This document shows positions 57,803-64,000 of a DNA stretch of 64,000 bases, one piece after another. The position numbers were made by a program, and so were the translations under genes. The notes below the pieces were generated by a model that worked only from the letters and a program-made list of their open reading frames with translations, was not told the origin of the DNA and did not search any database. Source of the stretch: Planctomycetota bacterium (GTDB lineage: Bacteria; Planctomycetota; UBA8108; SXIK01). The stretch covers positions 5,536,001 through 5,600,000 of the forward strand of contig OZ244999.1 of assembly GCA_965223265.1 (NCBI GenBank), in the 5' to 3' direction. Each line of letters begins with the position of its first letter. The first letter of the stretch is position 1.

Positions 57803-58732
57803 ATGACGCGAGTGGCAACGCGACGAAGATTCCTCCAGTTGACGGCGGCGGCAACAGCAGCAAGTGCGCTCGGCGGTGTCGCCCCACGGGCCGCCTTCGG
57901 AGCGAAGGATTCGACCGGAGAGTTCCGCGGCCGCATCTACAAATCCATTAAGTTCGGGATGTTCTCGGAAGATCTGCCCATGACCGAGAAGTTCCAGCTT
58001 CTCAAAGCGATGGGCTTCGACGGCGTGGAACTGAGCAGTCCGGGCGGCGTGGACAAGGCTGCGGCGATCCGCGCCAGCCGCGAGACCGGCCTGCGCATCC
58101 ACGGTGCCGTCAACACGGTGCACTGGAATACACGTCTCTCGGACCCCGACCCTGCCGTGCGCGAGAAGAGCCGCGAGGCGCTAGAAACATCGATCAAGGA
58201 CGTCCACGTCATCGGCGGCACCTCGGTCCTCCTCGTCCCCGGCAAAGTCACCGACCCGAGGAATGAGAACCAGGAGCAAGTGTGGGATCGCTCGATCGAG
58301 CAGATTCGCAAGACCCTGCCGCTCGCGTCGCGGCTCGGCGTGCACATTCTCATCGAGAACGTGTGGAACGGTTTCTGTTACATCCACGACGGCCCGGACA
58401 ACCAGACCGCCGACCTTCTCGCACGTTATATCGACACGATCGCGAGCCCCTGGGTCGGTGTCTACTTCGACATCGGCAACCACCAAAAGTACGGCAAGCC
58501 GGCCGAATGGATCCGGACGCTGGGATCACGCATCGTCAAGCTGGACGTCAAGGACTGGGGAAAGAAGAACGGCTTTTCCAAGATCGGCGCCGGCGATGTC
58601 GATTGGGCAGAAGTCCGCAGGGCGCTTCACGACATCAGGTTCACCGGCTGGGCGACGGCGGAGGTGCGCGGCGGCGACCGCGAACGCATTCGCGAGATCG
58701 CCGCCAACATGGATCGTGCGTTAGGGTTGTAA
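57803..58732 (+). CDS. Tat-exported sugar-phosphate isomerase/epimerase (xylose-isomerase-like TIM barrel)
   Basis: TRRRFLQ; GFDGVEL; ILIENVWN; YFDIGN; KLDVKD; GDVDW; TAEV. Confidence 0.88.
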   Translation: MTRVATRRRFLQLTAAATAASALGGVAPRAAFGAKDSTGEFRGRIYKSIKFGMFSEDLPMTEKFQLLKAMGFDGVELSSPGGVDKAAAIRASRETGLRIHGAVNTVHWNTRLSDPDPAVREKSREALETSIKDVHVIGGTSVLLVPGKVTDPRNENQEQVWDRSIEQIRKTLPLASRLGVHILIENVWNGFCYIHDGPDNQTADLLARYIDTIASPWVGVYFDIGNHQKYGKPAEWIRTLGSRIVKLDVKDWGKKNGFSKIGAGDVDWAEVRRALHDIRFTGWATAEVRGGDRERIREIAANMDRALGL

Positions 58733-58806
58733 CGCTCGGCTTGCGCGCTGAGGCGAGTGAGCGCGCGAGAACCAGCTGTCGAAGACAACGTCGCGCCAGC
58801 AGGACA

Positions 58807-59319
58807 TCACGCCGAGGGGAACATATCCTGTTCGTCCGCGGACGGACCGTACACCTGAGGCAGCGGTATGTCTTTGAGCCGCAAATAAACGTCGAGCTGA
58901 CCGCGATGATGGATCTGGTGGCTGATGATGAACGTCCGCAGCACCGCGATCCTCGGCATCGAGAAAACGACCTGATCACCGACCTTCATCGTCCACGTCT
59001 GCAGCAGCTTTTCGTCCGTCGCCTTCGACATCGTCTCTGTCGCCGCACCGACGTTCTTGTCGAACGTCTCGAGCACTTCGCCAACGTTGGCACCAACCCA
59101 TGGCTTGTATGTGGACGGATCCATCACCATCTCGTCCTGCTCGAGCGTTGGTCCGACCCAATTGATGGCATCGACGATGTGCGAACCCAGCGCTCCAAAC
59201 GTCATCGACTTCGTGTGCGGCGCCCAATCGAAGTGCTCTTGGGGAATGCGTTCGAGAAGCTTGCGAGTTGTCGCCGTCTCGTGCTGAAACTCCAGGATGA
59301 ATCCGTCGATGATGTTCAT
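58807..59319 (-). CDS. DinB family protein
   Basis: ATG 59319 after AAAGGAG; E...TRKLLERIP..W.PH.KSM...L..HI; HQIHHRGQL.VYLR....P.VYGPSAD. Confidence 0.9.
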   Translation of the reverse strand: MNIIDGFILEFQHETATTRKLLERIPQEHFDWAPHTKSMTFGALGSHIVDAINWVGPTLEQDEMVMDPSTYKPWVGANVGEVLETFDKNVGAATETMSKATDEKLLQTWTMKVGDQVVFSMPRIAVLRTFIISHQIHHRGQLDVYLRLKDIPLPQVYGPSADEQDMFPSA

Positions 59320-59534
59320 AGGGTCTCCTTTCGCGCAGCGAACCACTGTTTTCCACCTGAGCGCCCGCCGCAGGACATTAGCCGGTTGCCGACTCAGCGG
59401 CCTTCCGGACGCGGGTTTTGATTTCTCAACCTCCTCAGCTTACGGCCCGATCCGTGCGGGCGCGACGATTTTCACGTCAATCCACTCGACGTTGGCCATC
59501 TCGATGGAAAACGGAACGATGGAAACGACGCGCG

Positions 59535-60494
59535 TCAGCGGAGCTTGAAGCCGAAGAGACGCGCCGCGTTGCCTCCGAGTACCTTTCGCTGGTCACCGGC
59601 TCCCAGCGAAGAGAGAAGCTCGCGCACCCGATCGCGGTATTCGCGGTACGAACGACCGGTGGCGTTCAAGCCAAAGCCGCCACCATAGATCATCCTCTCG
59701 GGGCCAAATCGCTCGATGACACGTTCGACAACCGGCCGGATGTCACGGTGCGGGTACTTGTGTGCAGACGGGATCGAGGCGAGCTTGATGATCGTGTTGT
59801 CGAAGCGCGCCCAGTCCAGCACGACGCCGTGCTCCTCTTCCGTGCCTTGGAACGGTCTTCCCAGGTGATCGATGATCACCGTCGTGTCATGAAACTCTTT
59901 GATCAGAGGCTCAAACCCGGGGGCGTACCGCGGCTCGAAGTGTAGCTGCATCGCGAGGCCAAGCTCTGTCGCACTCTTCCATAACGCACGCAGCTCGGGC
60001 TTGCCAAACGGCGGCAGGCGATTGGGGACGTAGGCATGGACTCGCGCCGCTACGATGTCGAGCTCACGCGCCAGTCGCGGCAGCTGCTCCGCGGAACCGG
60101 GGCGGTCGGCGAACACAAGACAGGTGCCCTTGAGACGTCCACGGCCGATCTCGAGGCAGTGTTCAAGATAGCGGTGATCGTCCTGGTACGGTTCGGGGTG
60201 AACGACAATGGCGAAGGCGACACCCGCTTCCTCCATGCAGCGAAGCAGATGCTCCGGCGTCGCAGCGCTCTCCGGACGGTACGGCGCTCGCTCGTGGTAC
60301 GGAAAGCGCGTGTCGTCGGGACCTGCAAAACAGTGCAAATGTGTGTCGACAACAATGGCGTCGGCCGGCATGGGTGGCCTCGTTCGCCGCCCGGCACAAC
60401 CCGTACTCCACGCCGCGAGCGCAGCGGTGGCGACAAACTCGCGCCGCGTGACGCGTCGCCCGTGAGCGTCCTCGATCTTCAGTTCGTTGTTCAT
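59535..60494 (-). CDS. Amidohydrolase family (Amidohydro_2) protein with Tat signal
   Basis: TRREFV; VDTHLH; IIDHLG; IKLA; FGPERMIYG; LGGNAARLF. Confidence 0.87.
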   Translation of the reverse strand: MNNELKIEDAHGRRVTRREFVATAALAAWSTGCAGRRTRPPMPADAIVVDTHLHCFAGPDDTRFPYHERAPYRPESAATPEHLLRCMEEAGVAFAIVVHPEPYQDDHRYLEHCLEIGRGRLKGTCLVFADRPGSAEQLPRLARELDIVAARVHAYVPNRLPPFGKPELRALWKSATELGLAMQLHFEPRYAPGFEPLIKEFHDTTVIIDHLGRPFQGTEEEHGVVLDWARFDNTIIKLASIPSAHKYPHRDIRPVVERVIERFGPERMIYGGGFGLNATGRSYREYRDRVRELLSSLGAGDQRKVLGGNAARLFGFKLR

Positions 60495-60789
60495 GCGTCC
60501 AAGGATACGACGAGCGGCGTCGAGATTCGATCACGATCGCGGCGACTGCACGTGGGCCTGCCGCAGGCGCCTTCGAAACGGTGAATTCGAGAGAGCGCAG
60601 CGCGAATCCCCAAGGTCACCCGACGCGCCCTGGGAAAGCGTCTCGACCGCGGTAAGCGCCCGTCGCTGACAGGCGTGAGTCGACAGAAATCACGGCCCCT
60701 GACGCGCTGCACGCTTGCACCATACGCCGCAGACACCATACGATCGTTCCTTTCTCCAACTGGTGATTTCTACGACCTGGGAACAGCAG

Positions 60790-62058
60790 ATGACGACGAC
60801 GCAGCAGACAAACAGTCTTGTCACTCTCTCACTCCTTCTGATGATCGGTACCGCCGGAACTTCAGAGCTCGGCGCCGCCGAGGCGAACTGGCCGCAGTGG
60901 CGTGGCCCGAATCGAACGGACGTCTCAAGTGAGACCGGCTTCCTCAAGTCGTGGCCCGCGGCGGGGCCGAAACTCGTATGGCGTGTCGAGACGTGCGGCC
61001 GGGGTTACGCCGGGCCAGCGGTGGTGGGCAATCGGCTCTACACCCTGGGCGGCCGATCAGGCCGCGACGAGCTGCTGGCACTCGACGCGACGACAGGCAA
61101 CGAGGTGTGGAGCGCGCGAGTCGGCGACATGCTCGAGCACGACCGCGGCGACGGCCCGAGGAGCACCCCCACTGTCGTGGGCGATCGCGTTTTCGCGCTC
61201 AGTTCGAAGGGGGATCTGATCTGCGTCAAAGCGGCCAGCGGCGAACGCGTGTGGAACGTCTCGTTCGAGGAGATCGGCGGCACGCCACCGAACTGGGGTT
61301 ATTGTGAGAGCCCGCTCGTCGACGCCGGCCGGGTCATCTGCACACCGGGCGGCGGGGATGGGACGGTTGCCGCGTTCAGCGCGGCGAACGGCGATCTACT
61401 ATGGCGCACGGAACAGCTGACCGATGACGCGCAGTACGCCTCGCCCATCGCCGTCGACCTCAACGGCACGCGCCAATACATCCAGCTGACGATGAAGACG
61501 CTGGTCGGCCTGAACCCGAGCGACGGCAAACTGCTGTGGAAGTCGGAGTGGCCCGGGCAAGTCGCCGTCGTTCCGACACCGATCTTTCATGATCGCCATG
61601 TCTTCATCACGTCGGGTTACGGCGTCGGCTGCAAGCTGGTCGAGATCGACGACGACTACGACGTGCGGGACGTCTACTTCAACAAGAACATGAAGAACCA
61701 TCACGGCGGAGTCATCCTCGTTGACGGTCATCTCTACGGCTACTCAGACGGCTACGGCTGGATCTGTCAAAACTTTGAGTCCGGCGAGATCGTCTGGAGC
61801 GAAAAGAAGAAACTCGGCAAGGGTGCCATCGCTTACGCTGACGGTCGCCTCTACTGCTTCGCCGAAAGTGACGGCACGACCGTGTTGATCGATGCCTCAC
61901 CAGCTGGCTGGAAGGAACGGGGACGATTCAAACTGCCGAAGGACTCGGAGCTGCGGCAGGCGCGCTGGCTAATCTGGACTCACCCCGTCGTTACCGGTGG
62001 GCGTCTCTATCTGCGCAACCAGGAACTTCTCTACTGTTACGACGTTGCGGCGAAGTGA
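60790..62058 (+). CDS. PQQ-like beta-propeller repeat protein
   Basis: Signal peptide; NWPQWRGPNR..S.ETG; GPRSTPTV; WGYCESPLV; WTHPVV.GGRLYLRNQ. Confidence 0.9.
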   Translation: MTTTQQTNSLVTLSLLLMIGTAGTSELGAAEANWPQWRGPNRTDVSSETGFLKSWPAAGPKLVWRVETCGRGYAGPAVVGNRLYTLGGRSGRDELLALDATTGNEVWSARVGDMLEHDRGDGPRSTPTVVGDRVFALSSKGDLICVKAASGERVWNVSFEEIGGTPPNWGYCESPLVDAGRVICTPGGGDGTVAAFSAANGDLLWRTEQLTDDAQYASPIAVDLNGTRQYIQLTMKTLVGLNPSDGKLLWKSEWPGQVAVVPTPIFHDRHVFITSGYGVGCKLVEIDDDYDVRDVYFNKNMKNHHGGVILVDGHLYGYSDGYGWICQNFESGEIVWSEKKKLGKGAIAYADGRLYCFAESDGTTVLIDASPAGWKERGRFKLPKDSELRQARWLIWTHPVVTGGRLYLRNQELLYCYDVAAK

Positions 62059-62085
62059 ACGGCGTTCGGACAGGAGTTTCCTAGG

Positions 62086-62871
62086 ATGGGACAAAACCTG
62101 ACAGGTCGGTGCGCGCTCGTCACCGGCGGCGCTCGCGGTATCGGCCGTGGAATCGCACTCGCACTTGCGCGTGCCGGCGCCGATGTGGCTGTCGTCGACT
62201 GGCAGCCAGAAGCCGCCGACACAGATGTCATCGCAGAGATCGAATCTCTGGGACAGCGAGCCGTGCTTTTCAAAGCCGACGTGAGCGACCGCGCCGCCGT
62301 GGAAACCACACTGGCGCAGACGACGGAGCGACTCGGCGCAATCGATATCGCCGTTGCCAACGCGGCGTTCTCTATCCGCGAGCCGGTCGAGAGTGCCGCG
62401 TGGGAGGACGTCAAACGGACGATCGAAGTCACTCAGTTTGGAGTCTTTCACACGTGCCAGCTGGCGGCGCAGCAGATGATTCGCCAACATGCCTCGGGCC
62501 GGAGCGGCGGCAAGATCATCATCACCGGCTCGATCCATGAAGAGATCGCAGTGCCGGAAAGCGCGGCGTACAACATGGCGAAGACGGCCGTCAACCACCT
62601 GGCGCGCACTATGGCGTCGGAGCTGGCGCGCCACCGCATCAATGTCAATGTGATCAACCCCGGGTGGATCGACACTCCCGGCGAGCGCAAGTACGCCACG
62701 GAGGAGGAGCTGCAGGAGATCGCCAAGGACCTGCCGTGGGGTCGCATGGGCACGCCGGACGACATCGGCAAAGCGGCGGCGTTTCTCGCTAGCGACGACG
62801 CGGACTACATCACTGGGGCATCCCTCCGTATCGACGGCGGCCTGACGCTAGCGTGGCGCAGTCACAAATGA
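62086..62871 (+). CDS. Short-chain dehydrogenase/reductase (FabG/glucose-dehydrogenase-like)
   Basis: LVTGGARGIG, VANAA, YNMAK, INVNVINPGWIDT, YITG..L.IDGG; AGGAG RBS. Confidence 0.92.
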   Translation: MGQNLTGRCALVTGGARGIGRGIALALARAGADVAVVDWQPEAADTDVIAEIESLGQRAVLFKADVSDRAAVETTLAQTTERLGAIDIAVANAAFSIREPVESAAWEDVKRTIEVTQFGVFHTCQLAAQQMIRQHASGRSGGKIIITGSIHEEIAVPESAAYNMAKTAVNHLARTMASELARHRINVNVINPGWIDTPGERKYATEEELQEIAKDLPWGRMGTPDDIGKAAAFLASDDADYITGASLRIDGGLTLAWRSHK

Positions 62872-64000
62872 CGGACGCGGAGAGTTCCATCCCGCCGCGC
62901 AGCCGCGCCTGGACGCAGGGGCTGTTGGCGATACTGCTCGCCGCCTCGCTTCTCAACTACGCCGACCGACAGGCATTCCCCGTCGCCGCGGTGACGCTCA
63001 AGGCGGACCTCGGCCTGAACAACGCGCAGTACGGCGACATCGTCGGCGCGTTCGGGCTGGCATTTGCGGCGGGTAGCCTCATCGGCGGCATCGTCGCCGA
63101 CATGATCAGCGTCCGCTGGCTCTTTGTCTGCGTGCTTCTCGGGTGGTCTGCGGCCGGTATCGCGTGCGGTTTCGCCAACAGTTACGAGTCGGTCAAGTGG
63201 TGCCGCGTCGCTCTGGGAGCCTGCGCCGCCATGCATTGGCCCTGTGCCCTTCGCACCACGCAGCGGCTGTTCGCGCCTGAAAACCGTCCGTTTGCGAACG
63301 GATTTCTGCAAGCAGGTGCGCCTCTCGGTGCCATCCTGCCGTCGCTGTGTATGCTGCTGCTTCCGGACGGAGAAGAACGCTGGCGGCAGATGTTTTGGCT
63401 CCTAGGCGCGCTCGGTGTTCCGTGGACGATCATCTGGCTGAGCTGGGTACGCCAGCGTGACTTCGAGCAGCCCGCACTGCAAACAGTCGAAGCCACCGGT
63501 CCTGGCGTCGGCGGCAACGCGATCTTCGTCGAGATGCCGCTCGGCCGACTCTTTCTTTCGCGACGATTCGTGCTCCTGATCTTTGTGGTCATCTGCATCA
63601 ACACCTGCTGGCACTACATCCGCGCGTGGATGCCGCTCGCCCTTGAGGAACAGCTCAAGTTTTCCAGCGATCAAACGCAAGTCGTTCAGACCGCCTACTG
63701 GATCGCAGCCACGGTGGGCGCCGTCAGCGTCGGTCTGCTCACACGCTTCTTCCTCGCCCGCGGCGCCTCGACTCACGGTGCACGCCTCGGAGCGTTTTCG
63801 TGCTTTACTGCGGCGACATGTTTGACGCTCGTCGCCGCGTTTGTCGGTTCCGGTCCGCTGTTCGTCGCTCTCATGATGGTGATCGGCTGGGGTGCACTGG
63901 GATTCTTCCCCATCTACTACTCGCTCGTGCAGGAACTTTCCGCAAAGCACCAAGGAAAGGTCGGCGGTGTGCTCGCATTCTCGACGTGGGGGGTGCTGTA
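62868..64000 (+). CDS. MFS transporter (ACS/hexuronate-transporter-like), 3' truncated; absent from the supplied ORF track
   Basis: ATG overlaps the SDR stop; translates as MTDAESSIPPRSRAWTQGLLAILLAASLLNYADRQA..G..AD..SVRW; multiple TM helices; appears open to the window end. Confidence 0.85.
   Translation, partial: MTDAESSIPPRSRAWTQGLLAILLAASLLNYADRQAFPVAAVTLKADLGLNNAQYGDIVGAFGLAFAAGSLIGGIVADMISVRWLFVCVLLGWSAAGIACGFANSYESVKWCRVALGACAAMHWPCALRTTQRLFAPENRPFANGFLQAGAPLGAILPSLCMLLLPDGEERWRQMFWLLGALGVPWTIIWLSWVRQRDFEQPALQTVEATGPGVGGNAIFVEMPLGRLFLSRRFVLLIFVVICINTCWHYIRAWMPLALEEQLKFSSDQTQVVQTAYWIAATVGAVSVGLLTRFFLARGASTHGARLGAFSCFTAATCLTLVAAFVGSGPLFVALMMVIGWGALGFFPIYYSLVQELSAKHQGKVGGVLAFSTWGVL

Noticed and set aside
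56272-57951. 559-aa plus-strand ORF
   Set aside because: Antisense shadow of the DUF1501 gene, expected from GC-rich codon bias.
58282-59421. 379-aa plus-strand ORF
   Set aside because: Arg-rich off-frame and antisense read-through across two well-supported genes.

Overview
GC-rich bacterial DNA, most likely from a Planctomycetota genome. This is inferred from a PSCyt/DUF1549-DUF1553 cytochrome-domain gene, DUF1501, WPQWRGP beta-propellers, an ECF sigma/Ser-Thr kinase pair and Cys-rich dockerin-like tails. In order, the window holds: (1) the 3' end of a Tad pilus locus (1-4.4 kb) followed by three large membrane proteins and a planctomycete cytochrome-c-domain gene; (2) a ~19 kb Pil-Chp-like (type IV pilus class) chemosensory region (14-33 kb) with an MCP, a four-Hpt CheA hybrid, CheB, CheR, three CheW-like proteins, five receiver proteins, three PatA-N/DUF4388 domains, a perfect MshEN c-di-GMP motif, a stand-alone PilB/GspE N-terminal domain and an inserted divergent cyclophilin lipoprotein; (3) a two-gene cassette bracketed by composite direct repeats built from hexamer arrays, a 9-mer palindrome and GTAG-type REPs; (4) a cluster of exported dockerin-like proteins, including a secreted dikinase with glucan-water-dikinase-like domain order and a dockerin-cohesin-dockerin adaptor, interspersed with a MITE, hicBA and a broken ECF sigma gene; (5) ordinary catabolic and transport genes. 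No rRNA, tRNA or CRISPR array was seen. All calls come from reading motifs by eye; no searches were run.
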